DNA of 64,000 bases from the human T2T-CHM13v2.0 reference genome, Homo sapiens. Position numbers and translations under genes: made by a program. Shown in pieces: positions 28,231 to 43,200 of the stretch (its first letter is position 1; each line of letters starts with the position of its first letter). The stretch is taken from NCBI RefSeq assembly GCF_009914755.1, contig NC_060945.1. One strand, written 5' to 3'. The notes below the pieces were generated by a model. It had not been told where the DNA came from, did not search any database, and saw nothing but the letters and a program-made list of their open reading frames with translations.

Positions 28231-31200
28231 ATGAATTGAATGGACTCGAATGGAATGGAATGTAGCCGATTTGAATGGACTCGAATGGAAAGGAATGTAC
28301 TGGAATGATATGGACTCGAATTGAATGGAATGGATTGGAATGGAATGAAATGGACTCGAAAGGAATGGAATGGAATGGCATGAAATGGAATGCAATGTAA
28401 TGGAATGAAACGGAATGCAATGGAATGGAGTGAAATTGAATGGACTCGAATGGAATGCAATTGAATTGAATGGATTCAAAAGGAATGGAATGGAATGGAA
28501 TGGAATGTACTCGAATGGAATGGAATGGAATCAACTCGAGTGAAATATGGAAAGGAATGGAATGGACTCGAGTGGAATGGGCTGGAATGGAATGGACCCG
28601 AAAAGAATGGAGTAGAATGGAATGGACTCGAATGCAACGGACACGAATGCAATGCAATGGACTCGAATGGAATGGAAAGGAATGGATCCTAATGGAATGG
28701 AATGGAATGGACTTGAAAGGAATGGAAATGAATGGACCCGAATGAAATGGAATGGAATGTATTGGAATGTACTGGAATGGAATGGAATGAAATGGAGTGG
28801 AATGGACTTGCCTGGAATAGAATGGAATGGAACAGAACGGACTCGAAGGGAATGGAATGAAATGGACTCGAATGGAATAGAATTGAATGGAATCGAAAGG
28901 AATTGAGTGGAATGGAATGGGCTCGAATGGAATGGAATGTAAGGTACAAGAATAGAATGGAATGGACTAGAATAAAATGGAAGGAAACGGACCCAATTGG
29001 AATGGATGGGAATGGAATGGAATGGAATGTACTTGAATGGAATGGAACGGAATGGAATGTACTTGAATGGAATGGAATGGAATGGAATGGAATGGAATGC
29101 AATGGACTTGAATGGAAGAGAATGGAATGGAATGGAACGGACACGAACAGAATGCAGTGGAATGGACTCGAATGGAATGGAATAGACTCGAATGGAATGG
29201 AATGGAATTTAATTGAACGGACTCTAATGGAATGGAATCTAATGGAATGGAATGGAATGGACTCGAACTGAATAGAATGGAATGGACTCGAATGGAATGG
29301 AATGGAATGGACACGAAAGTAATGGAATGGAATGGATTTGAATGAAATGGAATGGAATTGAATGGTCTCGAAAGGAATGAAATGGAATGCAAAGGATTGG
29401 ACTTGAATGGAATTGAATGGTATTGACTCAAAGGGAATAGAATGGAATGCACCCTAATGGAATGGACTGGAATGGAATGGATTCGAATGGAATGGATTGG
29501 AATGGAATGGACCCAAATGGAATGGAATGGAATCTAATCGATTCGAGTGCAATGGAATGGAAAGGAATGGACCCGAATGGATTGGAATGGAATCTAATCG
29601 ATTTGAGTGCAATGGAATGGAAAGGAATGGACCCGAATGGATTGGAATGGAATTGCCTCGAATGGAATAAACGGAAAGGACTCAAATGCAATGCAATGGA
29701 ATGGATTCAAATGGAATGCAGTGGAAAGGAATCAAACGAAATGGAATGGAATTGATTGGACTTGAATCAAATGGAATGTAATGTTATGGAATGGACTAGA
29801 ATAGAATGGAATGAATGGAATGAAATGGAGTCGAATGGAATAGAATGGAATGGAGGCACTCGAATGAAATGGAATGGAATGGAAGAGAATGCAATGGAAT
29901 GAACTGGAATGGAATCTAATGGACTCGAAAGGAATGGAAAGGAATTTAATGGTATGGTGTCGAAAATCATGGAATGGAATGGACTCAAAAGTAATGGAAT
30001 GGAATTGAAAAGAAGTCAGAGGAATGGAAAGGAATAGTATGGGCATGAATGTAATTGAATGGAATGGAATGGAAAGAAATGGTATCGAATGGTATGGAAT
30101 GGAATGGACCCGAAAGGAATGGAAAGGAATGGAATGGAAAGGATTCGAATGGAGTAGAATGTAATGGAGTGGAGTGGAATGGAATGGAATGGACTCGAAT
30201 GGAATGGAATGGAATGTACCCGAATGGAATGGAATGGACAGGAATGGAATGCAATAATGTGGAATGGAAAGGACTTGAATGGAATAGAATGGAATGGAAT
30301 GGAATGGACTCAAAAGGAATGGGATGGAATGGACTCGAATGGAATGGAATGCACACGAATGGAATGGAATGGAGTCTAATGGACTTGAAAGGAATGGAAC
30401 GGAATTTAATGGTATGGTATCGAAAATAATGGAATGGAATGGACTCAGATGGAATGGAATGGACTCGAAAGTAGTGGAATGGAATTGAAAAGAAGTGAGT
30501 GGAATGGAATGGAATAGTATGGGCACGAATGTAATGTAATGGAACGGAATTGAAAGAAATGGACTGGAATGGAATGGAAAGAAATGGGCTCGAATGGAAT
30601 GGAATGGAATGGACATGAAAGGAATGGAAAGGAATGGAATGGAAGGGATTCGAATGGAGTAGAATGTAATGGAGTGGAGTGGAATGGAATGGAATGGACT
30701 CGAATGGAATGGAATGGAATGTACCCAAATGGAATGGAATGGACAGGAATGGAATGTAATAATGTCGAATGGAAAGGACTTGAATGGAATAGAATGGAAT
30801 GGAATGGAATGGACTCGAAAGGAATGGAATGGAATGGACTCAAATGGAATGGAATGGAACTTAAGGGAAAGGACTCTAATTGAATGGAATCCAATGGAAC
30901 AGAAAGGAATGGAATCGAAGGGAAAAGAATGCAATGGAATGCAATGGAAAAGACTGGAAAGGAATGGAATGGAAGTGACTCTAATGGAATTGAATGGAAT
31001 GGGCTCGAATGGCATACAATGTAATGGACTCAAATGGAATGGTGTGGAATGGAATGGACTCGAATGGAATGGAGTTGAATGGACTCAAATGGAATGGAAT
31101 TGAATGGACTCTATTGGAATGGAATATAATGCAATGAAATGGACTCGAAAGGAATGGAATGGAATGTACTCGAATTTAATGGAATGGAATGGAATGGAAT

Positions 31201-34200
31201 GGACTCGAATGAAATGGAAAGGAGTAGAATGGACTCAAAAGGTATGGAATAGAATGCACATGAATGGGATGGAATGGAATGGAAAGGGCTCGAATTGAAT
31301 TGAATGGAATGAAATGGACTCAAAAGGAATACAACAGAGTTTCATGGAATGCATTGTAATGGAATGGAATGGAGTGCACTCGAATTCAATAAAATGGACT
31401 GGACTCGAATGGAGTGGATTGTAATGGAATGGACTTGAATGGAATTAAATGGAATTGATGCAAATGTAATTGAATGGATTGGACTCGAATGGAATGGAAT
31501 GGAATGGAATGGAATGGAATGGAATGGAATGGAATGGATTCGAATGGAATGGAATGGAATGGACCTGAATGGAATGGGTTGGAAAGGAATGGTCTCCAAT
31601 GGAAAGGACTCAAAAGAATAGCATGGAATGGATTGGACTCGAATGCAATGGAATGGAATGGACTCGAATGGAATGGAAGAGACTTGAACGGAATGGAATG
31701 GAATGGAATAGACTCTAAGGGAACAGAACGGAATGCACTCGAATGGAATGGAATAGCAATGACTCAAATGGAATAAAATGGAATGGACTCGAATGGAATG
31801 GAGAGGAATGCAATGGACTCGAATGGGAATGGATTGGAATGGACTCAAATGGAATGTAATAGAATTGAATGGACTCGAATGGAATGGAATGTAGACGAAT
31901 AAGATGGACTCAAATGGAATGGAATGGAATGGAATGGAATGGAATGGAATGGAATGGAATGGCATGGAATGGACTCGAATGGAAGGTAATGGTCTAGAAT
32001 GGAATGGAAAGAATGGAATTTACTCGAATGAAATGGAATACAATGGAATGGAATGGAATGGAATGGAAGGGAATGGAATGCAATGGACTCGAATACAAGG
32101 GATTGGAATGGACTCGAATGAAACGGGTTGGTATGGAATGTACTCGAATGGAATGGAATGGAATAGACTCAAATGGAATAGAATGGAATGGAATGGACTG
32201 GAATGGAATGAAATAGAATGGACTCGAATGAAATAGATTAGAATGGAATGGAATGGAATGGAATGGAATGGAATAGAATGGAATGGAATGGACTCAAATG
32301 GAATAGAACGTAATGGAATGGAATATACAAGAATGGCATGGACTTGAATGGAATACAATCGATTGGAATCGAATGGAATGGAAGGGAATGGAATGGTATC
32401 GAATGGATTGGACTCGAATGGAATGGAATGGAATGGACTCGAGTGGAATGGAATGGAATCGTATGGACTCAAATGGAATGGAAGGGAATGGAATGGAATG
32501 GAATGGACTCGAATGGGATGGAAAGGAATGAAAATGACTCGAGTGGAATGGAATGAAATGGAATGGACTCGAATAGAATGGAATGGAATGAACTTGAATG
32601 GAAAGGAATGTAATGGACCTGAATGAAATGGAAGGGAATGGAATGGAAAGGATTCGAATGGAATAGAAGGGAGGGGAGTGGAATGGAGTGTAATGCATTG
32701 GACTGGAATGGAATGGAGGGGAATGGTCCCAATGGAATGGAATGGAATGGAATGGACTTGAATGGAATAGAATGGATTTGAATGGAATGGACTCAAAAGG
32801 AATAGCATGAAACGGACTCAAATGGAATGGAATGGACACAAATGGAATGGAATGGAATGGACTCGAATGGAATACAATAGTATTTAATGTAATGGAATCT
32901 AATGGAATGCAATGGAAAGGACTCGAATGGAATAGAGTGGAATGGACTGAAATGGAATGGAATGCAATGGAATGGACTAGAATGGAATGGAATGCAATGG
33001 AATGGACTCGAATGGAATGGAATAGAATTGACTCGAATGGAATTGAATGGAATGGACAAGAATGGAAATTAATGGAATGGAATGGAATGGAATGGTCTCG
33101 AATGGAATGGAGTGGAGTGGCATGGACTCGAATGGAATGGAATGGAATGGAATGGATTCGAAAGGAATGAAATGGAATGGAGTCGAAAAAAATGGGTTGG
33201 AATGGAATGAACTCGAATGGAATGGAATGGAATGTACTCAAATGGAAGAGTATGGAATGGAATGGACTGGAATGGAATGCAATGAAATGGACTCGAATGG
33301 AGTGGAATAGACTCGAATGGAATGGAATGGGATGGACTCGAATGGAATAAAACGCAATGGAATGAAAAGTACTAGAGTGGAATGGAATGGACAAGTATGG
33401 AATGGAATGGAATCAAATGGTACGTAGTGGAATTGAATGGACTGGAAGGGATTGGACTCGAATTCAATGGAATGAAATGAACTCGAATGGAATGGAATGT
33501 AATGAAATGCACTCGAGTGGAATAGAATGGAATGGACTCGAATGGAATAGAATAGAATGGACTCAAATGGAATAGAATGGAATGGACTCCATTGGAATGG
33601 AAGGGAATGGAATGTACTCGAATAGAATGGAATGGAATGGAATGGAATGTATTGGAATCGAATGGAATGGAATGGAAAGGAAAGGTATGGAATGGAATGG
33701 AATGGAATTTAAATGGAATGTACATGAATGGTAAGGAATTGCATTGAATGGACTCAAAAGTAATGGAATGGACTCTAATGGAATGGAGTGGAATGGAATG
33801 GACTCGAATGGAATGGACTCGAATTTAATGGAATGGATGCGAATGGAATGGAATGGACTCGACTGGAATGGAATGGCATCAAAGGGACTCAAAAGGAATG
33901 GAATGCAATGGAATGGAATGGAATGGAATGGAATGGAATGGAATGCACTTGAATGGAATGGAATGGAATTGAATACACTTGAATGGAATGGAATGGAATG
34001 AAAATGACTTGAGTGGAATGGAATGTAAAGGAATGGACTTGAATGCAATGGAATGGAATGGAATGCACTTGAATGGAATGGAATTGATTGGAAAGAAAAG
34101 AAATGGACCTGAAAGAAATGGAAGGGAATGAAATGGAAAGGACTCAAATGGAATAGAATGGCATGGACTGGAATGTAATGGAATGGAATACACTCGAATG

Positions 34201-37200
34201 GAATTGTATGGAATGGCCCCAATGGAATGGAATGGAAAGAAATGGAATGGACTGTAATGGACTAAAACGGAATGGAAAGGAATGTACTAGAATGTAATGT
34301 ATTGGAAAGCAATCCAATGGAATAGAATGGAATGGAATCAAATGGAATGGAGTGGAATGGAATGGACTCGAATGGAATGGACTCAAATGCTATGGAATGG
34401 ACTCGAATGGCATGGAAAGGAATTTAGCCGAGCGGAAAGGATTGGAATGGAATGGAATGGAGTGGAAAGGAATGGAATGGAATGGAATGGAATGAAACGG
34501 AATGGAATGGAATGGAATGGAATGAAACGGAATGGAATGGACTTGAATGGAAAAGAAAGGATTGGAATGGAATGGACTCGAAAGGAATGGTACTGAATGG
34601 AATCGAATGGACTCGAATAGAATGGACATGAATGGAATGGAATGGAATACAATGAAATTTAATGGAATGGACACGAATGGAATGGATTGGAATGGAAATG
34701 AAAGTAATGGAATGGAATGGAATGGACTCAAAATGAATGGAATGGAATGCAATGAAATGCACTCGAATGGAATAGAATGGAATGGAATCGAAAGTAATGG
34801 AATGGAATTAAATGGACTCGAAATGAATGGAATGGAATTAATTTAATGGACGGGAATGTAATAGAATGGAATGGAATAGACTCGAATGGAATGGAAAGGA
34901 ATGGACTCGAAAGGAATGCAGTTGAAAGGAATGGTATGAAATGGAATGGAATGGAATGGAATGGAATGGAATGGAAAGCTATCAAATGGAATGGAATGGA
35001 TTTGAATGGAATAGAATGGACTCGAATGGTATGGAATGGAGTGTAATCGACTCGAGAGGAATGAAATGGAATGGAGTGCACTCGAATGAAATGGAATGAA
35101 ATGGAATGGACATGAACCGAATGGAATGGGTGGGAATGGAATGAACTCCAGTGAAATAGAATGGAATGGAAACGAGTGGAATGCAGTGTAGTGGAATGGA
35201 CTCGAATGGGTTGGAATGGAATGGACTCGAAATGGTTGGAATGGAATGGCCTCGAATGGAATGGAATGGATTGGATTGAAATGAAATAGAATGGATTGGA
35301 ATGGAATAGAATGGAATGAATGGAATGGACTCGAATGGAATGGAATGAACTCAAATGAAATGGAACGGAATGAAAAGTAATCGAATGGAATAGAATAGAA
35401 TGGAATAGAATGGGCTAGAGTGGAATGGAAAAGAATGGACTGGAATGGAATACAATTGAATTGAATGGACTTGAAAGAATGGAATAGAATGGAATGGAAC
35501 AGACTCGAAAGGAATGGAATGGAATGGAATGGACTCAAATGGAATGGAATGGACTTGAAAGAAATGAATGGAATGGAATCGACTCAAGTGGAATGGAAAC
35601 GAATGGAATTGACTCCAATTGAGTGGAATGGAATGGAATGTCCTCGAATGGAATGGGATGGACTGTACCCGAATGGAATGGAATAGAATGGAATGGACTA
35701 GAAAGGAACACAATGGAATGGATTGGAATGGACTCGAATGGAATTCTATGGAATGGAAAGGACCCGAAAGCAATGGAATGGAAGGGAAGGGAATGGAAAG
35801 GAATGGGATGGACTCGAATGTAATGGGATGGACTCGAATATTATGGAATGGAATTAACACGAATGGAAAGGAATGGACTAGAATGGAATGTAATGGATTG
35901 GAATTGTAACGAATTGAGTGGAATGGAATGGAATGGAATGGAATGGACTCGACTGGAATGGAATGGACTCAAATGGGACGGAATGGAATGGACCCGAATG
36001 AAATGGAATGGAATTGAATGGTATGGACTCAAATGCAATGGAATGGAATTGACTGGAATCGAGCAGAATGGAATTGAATGGAATGGACTCGAAGAGAATG
36101 GAATAAAATGGACCCAAATGGAATGGAATGGAATGGAATGGAATGGAATGGTATTGAATGGAATGAACTTCAATGGAACAGAATGGAATGGAATGGAATG
36201 GAATGGAATGGAATGGAATGGAATGGAATGGAATGGATTTGACCCGTATGGAATACAGTGGAATTTAATGGAATGAACACTAAAGGATTGGAATGGAATG
36301 GACTCGAATGTAAGAGAATGGAATGGACTCGAATGGAAAGGAATATAACGGAGTGGACTCGAATGGAATGGATTGGAATGAACTCGAAAGGAAGCAATGT
36401 TATTCAAAGGAAGGGACTCGAATGGATTGGAAAGGAATGGTCCTGAAAGGAAAGGAATGCATTGGAATTGACTCAAATGGAATGGAATTGACTGGAATTG
36501 AATTGAATGGAAGGGGACGGACTCAAACGGAATAGAATGGAATTCAATGGAATGGAATGGAATGGAATGGACTCGAATGGAATGGAATGGACTGAAATGG
36601 AATAGAATGGAATGGAATGGACTCGAATGGAATGGAATGGATTCGAATGCAGTGGAATGGAATGGAATGGACTCGATAGGAATAGAATGGAATGAAATGG
36701 AATGGACTCGAATGGAAATGAATGGAATGGAATTGAATGGAATAGAATGGAATGGAATCAAATGGAAGGGATTGGAACGAAATGGACTCGAATGGGTTGG
36801 AATGGAAAGGACTCGAATGGAATGGAATGCAATCGACTCAAACGGAACAGAATGGAATGGAATGGACTCGAATCGAATGGAATGGGATGGACTCGACTGG
36901 TATGGACTGGAATGGAATGGACTCGAATGGAATGGAAAGTAAAGGAATGGAATGGACTCGAATGGAATGGAATGGGATGGAATGGACCCAAATGGAATGG
37001 AGAAGATTTGAATTGAATGGAATGCAATGGAATGGAATGGACTCGAAAGGAATGCAATTGTATTGAATGGAATTGAAAGGAATGGAATGGATTAGACTTG
37101 AATGGAACGTACTCGAATGGAATGGAATGGAATGGATTCTAATTGAAAGGAATGGACTCGAATGGAATGGAATGGAATAGACTCAAATGGAATAGAATGT

Positions 37201-40200
37201 AATGGAATGGACTCGAATGGAATGGAATGGAATGGACTCGAATAGAATGGAATGGAATGGAACCGAGTGGAATGGAATGGATTGGAATGGACACGAATGT
37301 CATGGAATGGACGCCAATGGAATAGAATTGAAGGAAATGGAATGGAATGGACTCAAATGGAATGGAAAGGAACGGAATGGAATGGAATGGAATGGAATGG
37401 AATGGAATGGAAAGGAATGGAATCAACAGGAATGGAATGGAATGGAAAGGAAAGGACTCGAATGGAATGGACTCAAATGGAATGGAATGGACACGAATGG
37501 AGTGGAATGGAATAGAATGGACTCAAATGGAATGGAATGGCCTCCAAAGGAAGGGAGTGGCATTTAATGAATGGATTCTAATGGAATGGCATGGAATGGA
37601 CTGGAATGGAATAGAATGGAATGGATTCGAATGGAGTGGAATATAATGGTGTGGACACGAATTGAATGGAATGGAATGGACTAGAAAGGAATCGAATGGA
37701 ATGGACTAGAATGGAATATAATGGAATTGAATGGAGATGAAAGGAATGGAATGGAATGCAATGGAATGGACTTGAATCGAATGGAATGGAAAGTACTCAA
37801 ATGGAATTAAACGGACCAGAATGGAATGGAATGGAATGGAACAGTATTGAATGGAATGGAAGGGAATGCAATTTAATAGAATGGAATTGAATGGAATGGA
37901 AAGGATTGGAATGGAATGTACTTGAATGGAATATTACGGATTGGAATGGAATGGACTCGAAGGCAATGGAAAGGAATGGACTTGAATTGTGTGGAATGTC
38001 CTCGAATGCAATTGAATGGAATTTAAGGGAATGGACTCTAATGAAGTGGAATTTAATGGACCCAAATGGAATAGAATGGAATGGACTTGAATGGAATGGA
38101 AAGGAAGCGAAGGGACTTGAAATGAAAGGAATGGAATGGAATGGACTCGAATGGAATGGAATGGAATGGACTCGAATGGAATGGAATGGAATGGAATGGA
38201 ATGGATTCGAAAGGAATACAATGGACTCCAATGGAATGGAATGGAATGGAAATGACTCGAGTGGACTGGAATGGAATGGATTGGACCCCAATGGAATGGA
38301 ATGGAAAGTACACTAATGGAATGGAATGGAATGCAATGGAGTGGAATGGAACCAACAGGAATGGAATGGAATGGAATGGAATGGAATGGAATGGAATGGA
38401 ATGGAATGGAATGGAATGGACTCGAATGGAATGGAATTCAATGGACGCCAATTGAATGGTATGGCCTCGAAAGCAATGGAATGGAATTTAATGCAATGGA
38501 CTCTAATGGAATTTATTCTAATGAAAAGGAATTTAATGCACTTGAATGAAATAGAATGCAATGGACTCGAATGGAATGGAAAGGAATCGAATGTACATGA
38601 AATAAATGGAATGGAATGTACTGGAATGGAATGCAATGGATACGAATGTAATTGAATGGATTGGACTCGAATGGAATGGAATGGACTCAAGTGGTATGGA
38701 ATGGAATGGAAACGAGTCGATTGGAATGGAATGGTGTCGAATTGAATGGAATGGAATGTACTCACATGGAATGAAATGGAATGGAATGGACACAGAAGGA
38801 ATGGAATGGAATGGAATGGAATGGAATGGAATGGAATGGAGTCGAATGGAAAAGAATGGAAAGAACTGGAATGGAATGGATTGGAAATGATTGGAATGGA
38901 ATGGAATGTCCACAAAAGGAATGGAATGGAATGGACACGAATGGAATGGAGTGGAATTCAATGGATTGGAATGGAATTGAATGGTATGGAATGGAATGGA
39001 CTTTAATGGAATAGAATGTTATGGAAAGGAATGGATTCAAAAGGAAGGGAATGGAATGGACTCGAATGCAATGGAAGGGACACGAATGGAATGGAAAATA
39101 ATTGAACGGAATTCAGTGTAATTTAATGGAATGGACTCTAATGGACTGGAATGGAATGGACTCGATTGTAATGGAATGGAATTGAATGGACTCGAAAAGA
39201 ATGGAATGGAATGAAATGGAATGGAATCGAATGGAAAGGAATATAATGAACTCGAAAGTAATGGAATGGAACTGAATGGACTCGAAAAGAATGGAATGGA
39301 ATGCAATGGAATGGAACAGAATGGAATCGAATGGATTGGAATGCAATGGCTTGGACTCCAATGGAATGGAATGGAATTGACTCAAATGGTATTGAAATGT
39401 ATGGACACGAATGGAATGGAATGGAATGGAACAGACTCGAATTGAATGGAATGGAGTGGAATGGAATCGAATGAAATGGAATGGAATGAACTCAAATGGA
39501 ATGCAATGGAATGTACTCGAAAGGAAGGGAAAGAAATCGAATGGAATAGAATGGTATGGAAATGACACTAGTGGAATGGAATGGAATGGAAAGGAATGGA
39601 CTAGAATGGGAAGGAATGTAATGGACTCGAATGGAATATAACGGAATTAAATTGACTCGAGTGGAATGGAATAGAATGGAATGGACTCTAATGGAATGGA
39701 AAGGAATTGACTCGAATGGAATAGAAAAGAATGGACCCAAAAGGAATGGAATGGAATGGACTCGAATGGAATGCATTGGAATGGAATGGAATTGAATGGA
39801 CTAGAATACAACGGAATGTCATGGTATGGAATGGACTCGAATGGAATGGAATGAAATGGAATGAAACGGAATGGAATGTAATGGAATGGAATGGAATGGA
39901 ATGGAATGGAACAGACTCGAGTGGAATGGAATGGACTCGAATGGAATGGAATGGAATTGACAGGACTCGAAAGGAATGGAATGGAATGGACTGGACTCGA
40001 GTGGAATGGAATGGAATGGACTCGAATTGAATGGAATGGAATTGACAGGACTCGAAAGGAATGGAATGGAATGGAATGGAATGGACTCAAAAGGAATGGA
40101 ATGGATTGGAATGGAATGGAATGGATTGTGCTCGAATGGAAAGAAATGGAATGGACTCGAATGGAGTGGAGTGGAATAGAATTGACTGAAATAGAAGGGA

Positions 40201-43200
40201 AACTACTCAAGTGGAATTCAATGGAATGGAATGGACTAGAATGGAATGGAATGGACCGAAAAGGAATGCAATGAATGAAATGGAACGGACTCGAATGGAA
40301 TGAAATGGAACGGAATGGACGGGAATCGAATGGAATGTAAAGGAATGGACTCGAACGGAATCGAATGGCATGGACTCGAATGGAATAGAATGGAATGGAA
40401 TCGAATGGAAGGGATTGGAATGAAATGGACTCGAATGGGTTGGAATGGAAAGGACTCGAATGGAATGGAATGCAATCGACTCAAATGGAATAGAATGGGA
40501 TGGACTCGACTGGTATGGACTGGAATGGAATGGACTCGAATGGAATGGAAAGTAACGGAATGGAATGGAAAGAAATGGACTCGAATGGAATGGAATGGGA
40601 TGGAATGGACCCAAATGGAATGGAGAGGATTTGAATTGAATGGAATGCAATGGAATGGACTCGAATGGAATGCAATTGTATTGAATGGAATCGAAAGGAA
40701 TGGAATGGATTGGACTTGAATGGAACGTACTCGAATGGAATGGAATGGAATGGACTCGAATTGAAAGGAATGGACTCGAATGGAATGGAATGGAATAGAC
40801 GCAAATGGAATAGAATGTAATGGAATGGACTCGAATGGAATGGAATGGAATGGAATGGACTCGAATAGAATGGAATGGAGTGGAACCGAGTGGAATGGAA
40901 TGGATTGGAATGGACACGAATGTCATGGAATGGACGCCAATTGAATGGACGCCAATAGAATGGAATGGAATGGAATGGAATGGAATGGAATGGAATGGAC
41001 TCGAAAGGAATGGAACAGAATTGAATGGACTCGAAAAGAATGGAATGGAATGCAATGGAATACACTCAAATGGAATGGATTGGAATACACTCGAATGGAA
41101 TGGAATGTGAAGGAATGAACTCGAATGGAATGCAATGGAATTGACTCTAATGGAATTGAAAGGAATGGACCAGAATAGAATGGAATGATATGGAATGGAA
41201 TGGAATTGAATGGAGTGGAATATACTCGAATGGAATGGAAAGGAATGGAATGGATTCGAACGGAATGGAATGGAATGGACTCGAGTGGAATGGAATGGAT
41301 TCGAATGGAATAGAATGGAATGGACTCGAAAGAAATGGTTTGGAATCAAATGGAATCGAATGAAATGGAATGGAATGGACTCAAATGGACTTGAATGGAA
41401 TGGAATGGACCCAAATGGAATGGAAAGGAATTGAATGGAATGGAATGGAATGGAATGGAATGGAATGGAATGGAATGGAATGGATTGGACTGGAATGGAA
41501 TGTAATGAAATGCAATGAAATGGACCTAAATGGAATAGAATGAAATGGAATTGCATGGACTCGAAGGGAATGGAATGCAATGGATTTGAATGGAATGGAA
41601 TGGACTCCAAAAGGAATAGGACGGAATTTATTGGAATGGAATCTAAAGTAATGGAATCTAATGGAATGGACTAGAAAGGAATGTAATGGAATGGACTCGA
41701 AAGGAATGGAATGCAATGGATTTGAATGGAATGGAATGGACTCCAAAAGGAACAGGATGGAATTTATTGGAATGGAATCTAAAGTAATGGAATCTAATGG
41801 AATGGACTCGAAAGGAATGTAATGGAATGTACTCGAAAGAATGGAATGCAATGGAATGGAATGGAGTCGAATGGAATGGAATGGACTCGAAAGGAATGGA
41901 ATGGATTGGAATGGAGTGGAAAGGACTCGAATGGAATGCAATGACCTGGACTGGAAAGGAATGGAATGGAATTGAATGGAATAAAAAAATGGAATGGAAT
42001 GGAATGGAACGGACACAAATTGAATGGAATGGAATAGACTCTAATGGAATGGAATGCAATGGAATGGACTCAAATGGAATTGAGTGGAATGGACTCGAGT
42101 GGAATAGAATGTAATGGACTCAAATGGAATGGTGTGGAATGGAATGGCTTGAAAGAAATGGATTGGAATGGACTCGAATGGAATGGCATAGAATGGACCT
42201 GAATGGAATGGAATGGAATGGAATGGACTCGAATGGAATGGCATAGAATGGACCTGAATGGAATGGAATGGAATGGAATGGAATGGAATGGAATGGAATG
42301 GACTCGAATAGAATGGAAAGGAATTGAATGGAATGGACTCGAATGGAATACAACGGAATTAAATGGAATGGGCTCTAACGGAATGAAATGGTGTGGACTC
42401 GGATGGAATGAAGTGGACTGGACAAGAGTGGAATGCTATGCAATGTAATGGATTCAAATTTAAAGGATTTGAATGGACTAGAATGGAATGGAATGGAATG
42501 GAATGGAATGGAATGGAATGGAATGGAATGGATTCGAAGGCATTGGAATGAAAAGCAATGGAATGGACTCGAATGGAATGGAATGGAATGGACTCGAATG
42601 GAATTGAATGGATTGGAAATTAGTGTAATGTAATGGAAAGGAATGGACTCGAATGGAATGGAATTGAATGGACTCGAATGTTATGGAATGGAATGGAATG
42701 GATTCGAATGGATTTTAATGGAATGGACTCGAATTGAATCGTCTTGATTGGAATGGAATGGAATGGACTCAAAAGGAACAGCATGGAATGGAAAGGACTC
42801 AAATGCTTGGAATGCAATGGAATAGCATGCAATGGAATGGATCCAAATGGAATAGAATAGAATGCATGGGAATGGAATGGAATGGAATGAAATGAAATAG
42901 AATGGAACGGAATGGACTCGAATGGAATGGAATGGAATGCAATGGAAGGGACTTGAATGGAATGGACTACAATGGACTCGAATGGAATGGAATGCAATGG
43001 AATGGACTCGAATGGAATGGAATGGAATGAGCTCAAGCGGAATGTAATGGTATGGAATGGAGATGAATGGAATGGAATGGAATGGAATGGAATTGCTTTG
43101 AATGGAAGGGACTCTAATGGAATGGAATGGAATGGAATCAAATGGAATCACACGGAATTGAATGGATTCAAATTCAATGGAATGGAATGGAATCGAAAGG

